Assembly: GCA_958296175.1 (NCBI GenBank)
Contig: OY282448.1
Location: 1,424,472-1,488,471 of the forward strand
From: an uncultured Chloroflexota bacterium
GTDB taxonomy: Bacteria > Chloroflexota > UBA11872
Direction: 5' to 3'
DNA: 64,000 bases
The notes below the pieces were generated by a model. It saw only the letters and a program-made list of their open reading frames with translations. It made no database searches and was not told the DNA's origin. Of the stretch, positions 30,019 through 39,505 are shown piece by piece (the stretch's first letter is position 1; the number at the start of each line of letters is the position of its first letter). The position numbers and the translations under genes were made by a program.

Positions 30019-31062
30019 TCAGCGTGAGGGCTGGGCGGCGGCGGTGACGATGCGCTGCACGCTGGCGAGCGGGCCTACGATGACCAGCACGTCGCCGCTG
30101 CGCAGCGTTTCGCTGCGGGAGGGCAGGAACGTGTGGCTGCCGCCGCGGCCGACGGCGATGACGTCCACGCCCTGTTCACGCCGAACGCCGGCGTCGGCAA
30201 TGGAGCGGCCGACGAAGGGGCTGCGGGGGCCGAGGGCGACTTCTTCGATCGTCATGCCGGGCGACTTGGGGTCCAGCAGTTCCGACAGCGCGGCGGCCAC
30301 GTGCGGCTGCAAGACGTAGGCCGCCATGTGCTGGGCGCCGGCCGCGTAGGGCGAAAACACGCGCGCGGCGCCGGCCGCGGTCAGACGCTCGACGCTTTCC
30401 GGCGTGCTGGCGCGCGCGATGACGGGAACGTGCGGCGCGGCGGCGCGCACGGAGAGCACGGTGTAGACGTTCTCGGCGTCGTTGCCGGTGGCGACCAGCA
30501 CGGCGGCGGCGTTGTCCACGCCCGCGGTGCGCAGCGTGGCCGCTTCGTGGGCGTTGCCGTGCACCACAACGGCGCCTGCCTGTTCGGCGCGCTGGCAGGA
30601 CGTGAGGCGTTTGTCGATGACGGCCGCCTGGCGGCCGGCCTCGTGCAGGTCGCTGGCGATCCCTTCGCCCACGCGGCCGAACCCGCACACGATGAAATGC
30701 CCGCGCAGCGCGGCCAGCGCACGCTCCCTGCGCCGACGTTCGACGCGTGCGGCCAAGTGCCCGCCGACAAGATACTCGACCAGCACGGCGGCGGTGAACC
30801 CCAGGGCCAGCACGCCGCCGACGATGAGGACGATGGCAAAGACGCGCCCGCCCGGGCTGAGGGCGAATGTCTCGCTGTAGCCCACGGTGCTGAGCGTGAT
30901 GACGGTCATGAACAGGGCGTCCAGCAGGCTGGCGCCCTCGATCAGCGCAAAGCCCGCCACGCCCGCGCCGGTGAGCGCCAGGAGCGTCAGCAGGCCCCAG
31001 ACGACCCGCCGGGCGAGAAAAGGGGGTGCGCTGGGGTCGGACGGCAGCTGGGAGAGCTGCAC
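30019..31062 (-). CDS. Potassium channel with RCK (TrkA-N/TrkA-C) domains
   Basis: Pore motif TLSTVGY, HFIVCGFGRVG, HGNA and RCK-C. Confidence 0.9.
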   Translation of the reverse strand: MQLSQLPSDPSAPPFLARRVVWGLLTLLALTGAGVAGFALIEGASLLDALFMTVITLSTVGYSETFALSPGGRVFAIVLIVGGVLALGFTAAVLVEYLVGGHLAARVERRRRERALAALRGHFIVCGFGRVGEGIASDLHEAGRQAAVIDKRLTSCQRAEQAGAVVVHGNAHEAATLRTAGVDNAAAVLVATGNDAENVYTVLSVRAAAPHVPVIARASTPESVERLTAAGAARVFSPYAAGAQHMAAYVLQPHVAAALSELLDPKSPGMTIEEVALGPRSPFVGRSIADAGVRREQGVDVIAVGRGGSHTFLPSRSETLRSGDVLVIVGPLASVQRIVTAAAQPSR

Positions 31063-31063
31063 G

Positions 31064-32278
31064 TCAGCCGCGGGCTGCGCGGGTTGGCGCGCCGCGGCCG
31101 CCGCGGTGAGGCGTGAAGTGCACGCGCAGTTGCCCGTCTTGCAAGCGCGCGCCGCTGTGCCGCATGCGCGCCAGGATGCGCGGCAGCACGATATTGCGGC
31201 GCGCCGCGCCCATGCGGATCACCAGCTCGTCGCCGCGCCGCACCAGCGAGGCCTCGGTCTTTTTCAGGAACGGCGCCGGAATCCGAAACTCGAAGCCGCC
31301 GGCCGTCTCGGCAATCTCGAACGGCTTGTCCGTCACCAGCACGGCCTCGGGGCGGCGGCGGGCGTGCATGCGGCGGCCCATGGTGCGCAGGCGCGTCAGC
31401 CCCAGCACCTCGTCGGGGAATTGCTCGATTTGCAGCACGGGCGCCGGGTCGAACATGGCGTGGATGTCGCGCAGGTAGGGCGCTTGCCGCGAGCGCCAGG
31501 TTTCGGCAAACCCGCCCTCGGCGTCGTCCGGCACCACGCGGTTGACGATCACGGCGTCGGTCACGTGGTCGAACAGCGTCAGATAGGTGTAGCTGCGCTG
31601 CGCCTCGCGTATCACCATGCGTTCCGGGTTCACCACCAGCCGCACGCTGGCCGTGGCCGAGGTCAGCAGCGCGTGCAGCCGGTCCAGTTCGTGCACCAGG
31701 TCGGTCATGGCCTCGAAGACGTCGTCGTCGGGCAGCGGCAGGTCGGTCACGCGGCGCGCCATGGGCCGCACCAGGCGGGTGAGCTGGCGGTTGATGGGCA
31801 GCAGCTTGTCCAGCCACCAGCGGCCGACCTCCGGAAAGGCCAGCAGGCGCAGGGTCTCGCCCGTGGGCGCGCAGTCCACCACAATCACGTCGAAGTCGCC
31901 GGAGCGCGCGTGGCGGTTGACCCACAGCAGGTTGGCCAGCTCTTCCATGCCCGGGAACACGGCAATCTCTTCGGCCATCACGTTGTCCATGCCGCGCCAG
32001 GTCAGCACGGCTTCCACCCAGGCCTGGACGGTTCCCCAATAGGTTTCCAGGTTGTAGTAGACGTCGCACTCCTGGGCCCACAGGTTGGGGGCCACGAGCT
32101 GCGGCACGGGGCCCAGGTCGACCTCGAGCGAATCGCCCAGGCTGTGGGCGGCGTCGGTGCTCAGCACCACGGTGCGCAGGCCGGCGTCGGCGCATTGCAG
32201 CGCCGCCGCGGCGGCCACGCTGGTTTTGCCCACGCCGCCTTTGCCGGTGTACAGCAGGATGCGCGGCTGGTCAGCCAT
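31064..32278 (-). CDS. ArsA/GET3-family ATPase with a C-terminal HSP20-like domain
   Basis: YTGKGGVGKT, STDAAHSLGD, DCAPTGETLRLL and VVNPE. Confidence 0.9.
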   Translation of the reverse strand: MADQPRILLYTGKGGVGKTSVAAAAALQCADAGLRTVVLSTDAAHSLGDSLEVDLGPVPQLVAPNLWAQECDVYYNLETYWGTVQAWVEAVLTWRGMDNVMAEEIAVFPGMEELANLLWVNRHARSGDFDVIVVDCAPTGETLRLLAFPEVGRWWLDKLLPINRQLTRLVRPMARRVTDLPLPDDDVFEAMTDLVHELDRLHALLTSATASVRLVVNPERMVIREAQRSYTYLTLFDHVTDAVIVNRVVPDDAEGGFAETWRSRQAPYLRDIHAMFDPAPVLQIEQFPDEVLGLTRLRTMGRRMHARRRPEAVLVTDKPFEIAETAGGFEFRIPAPFLKKTEASLVRRGDELVIRMGAARRNIVLPRILARMRHSGARLQDGQLRVHFTPHRGGRGAPTRAARG

Positions 32279-33344
32279 GCTCGGCGTCCAGGCGCCGCAC
32301 GTGGATGAGGGGACCGGCGCGGGCGGCGGCGCGGCCGATGACGGCGGCGGCCGGTGCGCCGCGGCGCTGCAAGTCCTGGCGCAGGGCGGCCTCGTCTTCG
32401 GGCGGAATGGCAATCAGCAGCCCGCCGCTGGTCTGCGGGTCGGCCAGCAGCTGGCGCATGGGCTCGTCCACGCCGGCGCCCCAATGCACGTGGGGTGCCA
32501 GCGAATTCAGGTTGCGTTGGGCGCCGCCGGGCGAATAGCCGGCCGCTATGAGCGGCCACACTTCCGGCAGCGTGGGCGCGGCGTCGGCGTCGACCTGGAC
32601 GGACACGCCGCTGGCCTGCGCCATCTCGCGCAGGTGCCCCAGCAGCCCGTAGCCGGTCACGTCGGTCACCGCGTGCGCGCCGTGCTGGCGGGCGGCCTGC
32701 GCCGAGGCGGCGTTGAGCGTCAGCATCGCGTCGGTGGCGGCGCGCACGGCCTGCGGGCTGGCGGCGTCGTGCTTGATGGCCGTGGTGATCACGCCCGTGC
32801 CGAGCGGCTTGGTGAGCATCAGCAGGTCGTCGGGGCGCGCGCCGCTGTTGGCGCTGACCGCCTCCGGGTGCACGGTTCCCAGCGCCACCAGGCCGAACTT
32901 GGGTTCGGGGTCGTCGATGGAGTGGCCGCCGGCCACCACCGCGCCTGCTTCCAGCACTTTGGCGGCCGCGCCGCGCTGCACCTCGGCCAGCACGTCGAAG
33001 GAGATGCCGTCGCGCGGCCAGCAGACCACGTTGAGCGCCAGCAGCGGCGTTGCCCCCATCGCGTAGAGGTCGCTGAGCGCGTTTGCCGCGGCAATGGCGC
33101 CAAAATTGTAGGCGTCGTCCACAATGGGCGGGAAAATGTCGGTGGTGACGGCCACCGCCAGATCGTCGCGCAGACGGTACACGGCGGCGTCATCCAGGGA
33201 CTGCGTCCCGGCCAGCAGGTCGGGCGCGGCCATGGCCGGCAGGCGGCGCAACACGTGCGCCAGCTCGTCAGGACTGAGCTTGGAGGCTCAGCCTGCGCCG
33301 TGCGCGTATTGGGTGAGCTTGCGCGGGCGGGATGGGTGTTGCAT
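32271..33344 (-). CDS. selD: Selenide,water dikinase (selenophosphate synthetase), selenocysteine-containing
   Basis: MQHPSRPRKLTQYAHGAG-[TGA 33288-33290]-ASKL continues in frame into DDAAVY, TTDIFPP, ANALSDLYAMG, GGHSIDD, DVTGYGLLGH and DPQTSGGLL. Confidence 0.95.
33259..33287 (-). promoter_or_regulatory. Candidate bacterial SECIS hairpin
   Basis: Immediately after the UGA: GCC..AGCUC-AGUCCUGAC-GAGCU-GGC stem-loop. Confidence 0.55.
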
Positions 33345-33444
33345 GAATGCACGGTAGCGTAACGGCGCGGCTCGCCGCGCCGCTTTATACACGTGCAGGG
33401 TGTCGACGGCGTACGATTTCATCATGCCGGGCCGAGGGAATGCC

Positions 33445-34791
33445 ATGTCGGACCGAGGGACCCGCCGCCTGATCCGCCGCGCGGCGGCGCTGCTGCTGGC
33501 GGCGCTGGCGTGCGCGGCGGCGCTGGCCCCGGCGGCGCTGGCCGCGCCGCCGGACCCGGCGCCGGTGGCGGGCGGCGCCTTCTTTGCGGGCGCGCAGGCC
33601 AACGGGCTGGGGTTTGCGGTGCGCAATTACGCCGACGGCCCCGATTTCTTCAGCGCCTACCAGCGCCTGGGCGGCGTAGAAACGCTGGGGCCGCCGGTGT
33701 CCAGACCCTGGGTCGACGACGGCGGGTTTGTCTATCAGCTCGTGCAGCGCGCGCTGTTGCAATGGTCGCCGGCGGACGGGCGCGTGCGGCTGGCCAACAT
33801 CTTCGAGCTGCTGGACGACGCGGCCTTTGCGGACGCCCTGCGCGCGCGGCACGTGCCGGCGGCGGAATCGCCCGCGCCTGCGGAGGGCCAGACGGCGCGC
33901 GGCGCGCGGCTTGCCTGGTTGACCGACCGCGTGATTGCCGAGGCGTTTGCCAACAACCCGCTGGCGCCGGGCAACCTGGACGCCAGCCTGGAGTTCCATG
34001 GCCTGCCCACGTCGCGCCCCGTGCGCTTTGGTCCCTTCGTGGTGCAGCGCTTCCAGCGCACGGCGCTGCAGCGTTGGGTGGAAGAGGTGGAGGGCGGGCA
34101 GCCGCCGGGCGTGGTGGTGCTGGTGAACGCCGGCGACATCTTCCGCGACCTGCGTCTGCCCGACGCGCGGCTGGACGTTCCGCGCGCGCCGAGCGAGGCC
34201 GGCGTGCTGGACGTGCGGCAGGACCCGCCGCAGGAGGCCGCGCTCGCGCCCGGAACCGCGACGCTGGGGGCGTACGCCGCCGACAACCTCGAGCTGCTGG
34301 CCGCGCTGGGGCTGCTGGAAGGTGTGGCGGTCAACGCCGACGCCCTGGCGCTGGCGTCCCAGCTGAACGTTGCCATGCGCTTCGCGCCGCTGCCCAACGC
34401 CGCGCTGGCCCAGTACAACCCGGCCGGCGGCGTTCGCGTGAGCGAGCGGCTGCGCGGCGCGGATACGCGCGTGCTGGCGGTGGTGCTGGCGCACGAGCTG
34501 CGCCACCTGGAAGACCACGCGCGCGGTCTGCTGGACGCCAGCCGCGCGGGTTGTCTGGCGGCCGAGACCCGCGCCCTGGCGCGCGAAGCGCGCACCTGGA
34601 TGGCACTGACCAGCCCAAACGGCCTGCAGCCGGCCTCCAGCGACCTGCAGCGCATGCAGAACGCGCGCGCCGCCGTCTACGCGGCCGGCCCCGCCGCGGT
34701 CGACCGCCTGGCGGTGCAGGTGTACGGCGAGACGTGCGCCGCGTGGGATACTGCACCAGCGCCCTCGCCCCCGCGCCTGCCGGCTGGGTAG
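33445..34791 (+). CDS. Secreted protein with a surface domain and a C-terminal HExxH motif
   Basis: Signal peptide, LGPPVS...QLVQRALLQW and HGLPTS...QRFQRTALQ repeats, LAHELRH. Confidence 0.7.
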   Translation: MSDRGTRRLIRRAAALLLAALACAAALAPAALAAPPDPAPVAGGAFFAGAQANGLGFAVRNYADGPDFFSAYQRLGGVETLGPPVSRPWVDDGGFVYQLVQRALLQWSPADGRVRLANIFELLDDAAFADALRARHVPAAESPAPAEGQTARGARLAWLTDRVIAEAFANNPLAPGNLDASLEFHGLPTSRPVRFGPFVVQRFQRTALQRWVEEVEGGQPPGVVVLVNAGDIFRDLRLPDARLDVPRAPSEAGVLDVRQDPPQEAALAPGTATLGAYAADNLELLAALGLLEGVAVNADALALASQLNVAMRFAPLPNAALAQYNPAGGVRVSERLRGADTRVLAVVLAHELRHLEDHARGLLDASRAGCLAAETRALAREARTWMALTSPNGLQPASSDLQRMQNARAAVYAAGPAAVDRLAVQVYGETCAAWDTAPAPSPPRLPAG

Positions 34792-34877
34792 GGTTCGGGG
34801 TGAGCGCCGCTCCGCCGTCTGCGCCCAACGGGCCGGCCTTGCCTGCACCCGCGCGCTCCTGAGGTTCACCTGATCCC

Positions 34878-36128
34878 ATGCCTGCCGACGCCTCGTTGTT
34901 CGACACGCTGACCGCGCGCGGCTTCGTGCACTTGGTCTCGAACTCCGACGGGCTGCGCGCGGCGCTGGCGCGGCCGCTGACGTTCTACGTGGGGTTCGAC
35001 CCCACGGCGCCCAGCCTGCACAGCGGCCATCTGATCCCGCTGGCGCTGGCCGCGCACCTGACGCGCGCCGGGCACCGCGCGGTGCTGCTGGCGGGCGGCG
35101 GCACCGGGCTGATCGGCGACCCGACCGACCGCGCCGAAACCCGCAGCCTCCAGAGCCGCGCGCAGGTCCAGGCCAACACGCAGGCCATCCGCCGCCAGGT
35201 GAGCCGCCTGGTGGCGCAGAACGAGCTGGACGTGGCCCTGGTCGACAACGCCGACTGGCTGACCGAGCTGCGCTACCTGGAGTTCCTGCGCAGCGTTGGG
35301 CGGCACTTCAGCGTCAACGAACTGCTGGCCACCGAGACCTACCGCGCCCGCCTGGCCAGCGGCCAGGGGCTGAACTTCGTGGAGATCAACTACCGGCTGC
35401 TGCAGGCCTACGACTTCCTGCACCTCTACCGCGAGCGCGGCTGCCGGCTGCAAATCGGCGGCAGCGACCAGTGGGCCAACATCCTGGCCGGCGTGCATTT
35501 GGTGCGGCGGATCGAGGGCGCGGAGGCGTTTGGGCTGGTCACGCCGCTGCTCACCACCGCTACCGGCGAAAAGATGGGCAAGACCGCGGGCGGCGCGGCG
35601 CTCTGGCTGGACGCGGCGCTCACCTCGCCGTACGACTTCTTTCAGTACTGGGTCAACGTGGAGGACGGCGCGGTTCCGCAAGCGCTGGCGCTGCTGACCA
35701 CGCTGCCGATGGCCGAGGTGCGCGCGCTGAGTTCGCGGCGCGGCGCGGACAGGCGCCAGGCCAAGCAGCGCCTGGCCGCCGAGGTAACCGCGCTGGTGCA
35801 CGGCGCCGAGGCCGCGGCCGCCGCGCTGGAAAGTTCGCATGCCCTGTTCGGCGCGGGCGGCGGGTCGGCCGCAGCCGCGCCGCTGACGACGCTCGCGGCC
35901 AGCGAGCTGGCGGCCGGCGTGCCGATCCTGGACCTGCTGCAGACCGCGGGGCTGGCCGCTTCGCGCTCGGCCGCGCGGCGGCTGGTCGTCCAGGGCGGCG
36001 CGTATGTCAACAATCGCCGCGTCGACGACCCCGGCGCCGTGGTCGACGCGCGCGACTTCCACGACGGCGAGCTGCTGCTGCGCTCGGGCAAAAAACGCTT
36101 TCACCGCGTGCGCGCCGACGGCGCCTAG
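34878..36128 (+). CDS. tyrS: Tyrosine--tRNA ligase
   Basis: YVGFDPTAPSLHSGH, LQAYDFLHL, QIGGSDQW, KMGKT and a C-terminal S4 domain (LRSGKK). Confidence 0.97.
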   Translation: MPADASLFDTLTARGFVHLVSNSDGLRAALARPLTFYVGFDPTAPSLHSGHLIPLALAAHLTRAGHRAVLLAGGGTGLIGDPTDRAETRSLQSRAQVQANTQAIRRQVSRLVAQNELDVALVDNADWLTELRYLEFLRSVGRHFSVNELLATETYRARLASGQGLNFVEINYRLLQAYDFLHLYRERGCRLQIGGSDQWANILAGVHLVRRIEGAEAFGLVTPLLTTATGEKMGKTAGGAALWLDAALTSPYDFFQYWVNVEDGAVPQALALLTTLPMAEVRALSSRRGADRRQAKQRLAAEVTALVHGAEAAAAALESSHALFGAGGGSAAAAPLTTLAASELAAGVPILDLLQTAGLAASRSAARRLVVQGGAYVNNRRVDDPGAVVDARDFHDGELLLRSGKKRFHRVRADGA

Positions 36129-36140
36129 GACGGACGTTCC

Positions 36141-36617
36141 ATGAAATGGTCGACCGATGAGATTCGCCGCGTACAGGCCAACAGCTCCGGAGAGGTCTGG
36201 GAACGCTTCCTGACCGCCATGGTGGCCTACTGGAACGAGAGCTTCCCCAGCGAGATCAGCTATCCCGAATGGCACGAGCTCTACACCGAACGCATCCGCC
36301 GCAGGCTGGACGACCACCCCACCTGGCTCTGGATGTACGAACGCAAGGGCCGCACGCTGGCGCTGACCAACTTCCACCTGGACGGCGGCGTGGCGCACGT
36401 GGCGGAGGTGTGGGTGGCGCCGGATGCGCGCCGCGACGGCCTGGGACGCTTCATGATCCTCCAGATGCGCAAGACGCTGCGCAAGGCCGGCGTGGCCCGC
36501 ATGGCCGTCACCGTTCCCGCCACCGCCACCGCCAGCATCGATTTCTGGCGCGGCCTGGGATTTCTGGAAGTCGCGGTGCATCTGGAGGCGTCCACGTTCA
36601 AGCAGGACACGCGCTGA
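36141..36617 (+). CDS. GNAT family N-acetyltransferase
   Basis: VWVAPDARRDGLG motif A and FWRGLGF. Confidence 0.8.
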   Translation: MKWSTDEIRRVQANSSGEVWERFLTAMVAYWNESFPSEISYPEWHELYTERIRRRLDDHPTWLWMYERKGRTLALTNFHLDGGVAHVAEVWVAPDARRDGLGRFMILQMRKTLRKAGVARMAVTVPATATASIDFWRGLGFLEVAVHLEASTFKQDTR

Positions 36618-36737
36618 TGGAGGCCGCGGCGCGCGCATCGCGCACCGCACGCGCTCGCACGCACCCGTCTCCATTGGCAGAACCCACCCCTGCGGCTAGG
36701 CTGCGGGGCGCCGCCGCACGGCTGGAAGGACCCGCGC

Positions 36738-37364
36738 ATGGCCGCTGACGCCGTTTCGCTGGACGTCTCGAAGCGCCGTGTGCCGCTGCGCAAGCCGGCC
36801 ACGCCCGACGACCTGGCCGACGCGCGCGTGCGCCAGGCGCTGGGCCAGCCGCCGCGCTGCGAGTGGGCGCAGCGCCATGAAGGCCTCATGCGCTACCACG
36901 ACGACGTGTGGGGCGAGCGGCCCGACGGCGACCGTGAGTACTTCGAGCGCATGATGCTGGAAATCTTTCACGCCGGCCTCAGCTGGACGCTCATCTGGAA
37001 CAAACACGAAGGCATCCGCCGCGCCTACCACGGCTTCGACGTCGAGACCGTGGCCGCCTACGGGCCGGCCGACGTGGAGCGCCTGCTGCACGACCCCGCC
37101 GTGGTGCGCAGCCAGCGCAAGATCGAGGCGGCCGCGGCCAACGCGCAACAGGTGCTCGACATTCAGGCCCGCGCCGGCTCGTTCGAGGCCTATCTGCTCG
37201 ACCTGCCAGACAGCCAGAGCGCCAAGATTGCCGAACTGAAGCGCACCTTCGGCTTCATGGGCCCCGGAACGTCGCGCAGCTTCCTGGAATCGACCGGACT
37301 GGTAGCGCCGCCGCACCATCCCTACTGCGCCAAGGCCGGCCAGAAGGTCTGGTCCGCCGCCTGA
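36738..37364 (+). CDS. tag: DNA-3-methyladenine glycosylase I
   Basis: RCEWA, YHDDVWG, FHAGLSWTLI, RSQRKIEA, FGFMGP and H...C. Confidence 0.88.
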   Translation: MAADAVSLDVSKRRVPLRKPATPDDLADARVRQALGQPPRCEWAQRHEGLMRYHDDVWGERPDGDREYFERMMLEIFHAGLSWTLIWNKHEGIRRAYHGFDVETVAAYGPADVERLLHDPAVVRSQRKIEAAAANAQQVLDIQARAGSFEAYLLDLPDSQSAKIAELKRTFGFMGPGTSRSFLESTGLVAPPHHPYCAKAGQKVWSAA

Positions 37365-37448
37365 GCGGGCGCCGGTGACGACTCACCATAGAAGTGGACG
37401 CTCAGCACGTTCGTCTGGTCCGCCGCCTGAGCAAGCGCCGGTGACGAC
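37347..37448. repeat. 36-bp direct repeat (34/36 identical) flanking a unique 30-bp segment at the tag/ldh junction
   Basis: GTCTGGTCCGCCGCCTGAGC(GG/AA)GCGCCGGTGACGAC at 37347-37382 and 37413-37448. Confidence 0.85.
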
Positions 37449-38787
37449 CGTCGCCATCGACGACCTGCGGCGCTTCGGCCGCGCCGTGCTGGCCGCGCGC
37501 GGCGTGCCCGCCCAGGACGCCGCCCTGGTGACCGACGTGATGGTGGAACAGGACGCGCGCGGCCACGGGCACCACGGCGCGGGGCTGCTGGCGCTGCGCG
37601 TTGCCGACCTGGAACGAGGCGCCGCCCGCGCCGGGGCCGTCGTGGAAGTGCTGGCCGACCTGCCCGCCTTCACGGCGCTCGACGCCCGCGGCGCGCTTGG
37701 GCCGGTGGGTGCCGTGCAGGCCATGGACGCCTGCATCCAGAAAGCGCGCACGCAGGGCGGCGCGTTCGCCTCCTTGCGCGACATGCCGCACTGGGTCATC
37801 CCCGCGTTCTACAGCATGCGCGCGGCCGCGGCCAGGCTGATCGGCTATTGCACCTGCGTCACGAACCCCGCCTTTGCCCCGGTGGGCGGCCGCGCGCGCG
37901 CCCTGGGCAACAACCCCTTGTCCTACGCCATTCCCGCCGACCCGCGGCCGCCCATCGTGGTGGACTTCGGCGTGGCGCCCTCCACGGGCCGCATGCGCGA
38001 GCTGGCGGCCGACGGGCGGCCGCTGCCCGAGGGTTGGGCCGTGGACGCCGACGGCCGCCCGCTGCGCGACCCCGCCCAAGCCATGCGCGAAGGCGTGTTC
38101 CTGCCCGCCGCCGAGCACCGCGGCTACGGCCTGGGGCTGGTGCACGAAATCCTGGGCGCAACGCTAAACGCCATGCCTATCGGCCTAGACGCCGCGCCCA
38201 GCGGCCCGGACGCCCCGCCCCACGGCTCGGATGCCACGCCCATCGGCCCGGATGTCACGCCCGGCGGCCCGGACGCTGCGCCCAGCGGCCCGGATGTCAC
38301 GCCCGTTGGCCCGGACGCTGCGCCCATCGGCCCGGACGCTGCGCCCATCGGCCCGGACGCTGCGCCCATCGGCCCGGATGCCACGCCCGGCGGCCCGGAC
38401 GCTGCGCCCGGCGGCCCGGACGCCACGCTCGTTGGCTCGGACGCCACGCTCGTTGGCTCGGACGCCATGCCCGGCGGCTCGGATGCTGCACCCCACGGCC
38501 CGGCCGGCGTTCCCGGCCGCTTCGGCGCGTTTTTCGCCGCCTGGCGCGTGGATACGTTTCGCCCCGCCGCCGAGTTCTTGCGCGGCGTCAACCAGGCGCT
38601 GGACCGCATCGCCGCCATCCCGCCCGTCGATCCCGCGCGCCCCGTGCGCTATCCCGGCGAACGCTCCGGCCGCGCCCTGCGCCGCAACCTGGCGCGCGGC
38701 CGCGTGGAGCTCGGCACGGCTTCCTGGGAGCAAGTGCAGCGCGTCGCCCGCCGCACCAACGTCCCCGCCCCCACCCCGCTAACCTAA
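37441..38787 (+). CDS. Ldh_2 family (malate/L-lactate/ureidoglycolate dehydrogenase-like) oxidoreductase with an internal repeat insertion
   Basis: RGHGHHG, GNNPLSYAIP, HRGYGLGL and VRYPGE. Alternative in-frame GTG at 37375. Confidence 0.85.
   Translation: MTTVAIDDLRRFGRAVLAARGVPAQDAALVTDVMVEQDARGHGHHGAGLLALRVADLERGAARAGAVVEVLADLPAFTALDARGALGPVGAVQAMDACIQKARTQGGAFASLRDMPHWVIPAFYSMRAAAARLIGYCTCVTNPAFAPVGGRARALGNNPLSYAIPADPRPPIVVDFGVAPSTGRMRELAADGRPLPEGWAVDADGRPLRDPAQAMREGVFLPAAEHRGYGLGLVHEILGATLNAMPIGLDAAPSGPDAPPHGSDATPIGPDVTPGGPDAAPSGPDVTPVGPDAAPIGPDAAPIGPDAAPIGPDATPGGPDAAPGGPDATLVGSDATLVGSDAMPGGSDAAPHGPAGVPGRFGAFFAAWRVDTFRPAAEFLRGVNQALDRIAAIPPVDPARPVRYPGERSGRALRRNLARGRVELGTASWEQVQRVARRTNVPAPTPLT
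38176..38511 (+). repeat. 21-bp (7-aa) tandem repeat, about 16 units, inside the Ldh_2 gene
   Basis: Consensus CCCATCGGCCCGGACGCTGCG, translating as PxGPDAA. Confidence 0.92.
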
Positions 38788-38903
38788 CCCCGCCTCTCAC
38801 CCCCGCTGCCCCCGCCATCGCTCCGCTCGCCCCGCAGGGCCGAGCGGGAGCAGAACCAGCGTAAGTGGATCTTTCCGCCCTCCCTCTGGGAGCGGTCCTC
38901 TTT

Positions 38904-38939
38904 CCCTCTCCCTCTGGGAGAGGGTTAGGGTGAGGGGGG
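38904..38939. repeat. REP-like palindrome, family A
   Basis: CCCTCTCCCTCTGGGAGAGGGTTAGGGTGAGGGGGG. Confidence 0.8.
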
Positions 38940-38943
38940 TAAG

Positions 38944-39426
38944 GTGCAGGGCCGTTGGTTGCGGTGGTGGGTGCAGCGCTTGAGATTGCTTTGGACGGGC
39001 GGGTGGACGCCGTTGGAGCGGGCGGTTGGCGTGGGCGCGGTGACGGCGCTTGGGTTTGGCGTGGTGGTCGGGGTCGTCACGGGCGCTATCGACACGCCGT
39101 GGCTGGAACGGCAGACGCCGGCCTTCACGGTCGACTACCCCATCTGGGCCGCCAACGCGCTGTTGGTGGGCGCGTTGATTGGGGTGAGCGTGTACGCGGC
39201 GGGGCGGCGGCAGTTCAGCGACGCGCCGATCTACGCGGGCGGGCTGTTGTCCGCGTTTGCCATCGCCTGCCCGCTGTGCAACGGGCTGCTGGTGGCCGTG
39301 ATTGGCGCGGGGGCCGCGGCCTCCGTCATCGATCCCCTGCGCCCATGGCTGGGCGCCGCCGCCGCGGTCTTCATGGCCGTCATGCTGTACCGCCGCGTGC
39401 AAACCCTGCGCCGCGGCGCGTGCTAA
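38944..39426 (+). CDS. Hypothetical membrane protein with a CxxC motif
   Basis: Four hydrophobic segments and AIACPLCNG. Start uncertain. Confidence 0.65.
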   Translation: MQGRWLRWWVQRLRLLWTGGWTPLERAVGVGAVTALGFGVVVGVVTGAIDTPWLERQTPAFTVDYPIWAANALLVGALIGVSVYAAGRRQFSDAPIYAGGLLSAFAIACPLCNGLLVAVIGAGAAASVIDPLRPWLGAAAAVFMAVMLYRRVQTLRRGAC

Positions 39427-39505
39427 CGGCCAGCGGGCGGCGCACGCTCGATAAGACCTCGGCGGCGGCGTGTGGGACATGGCGGCGATGATTCTCGGCG
39501 CGTAA

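Noticed and set aside
37347-37448. Type II/VI CRISPR unit
   Set aside because: The repeat is coding sequence from the flanking genes, there are only two copies, and no effector gene is present.
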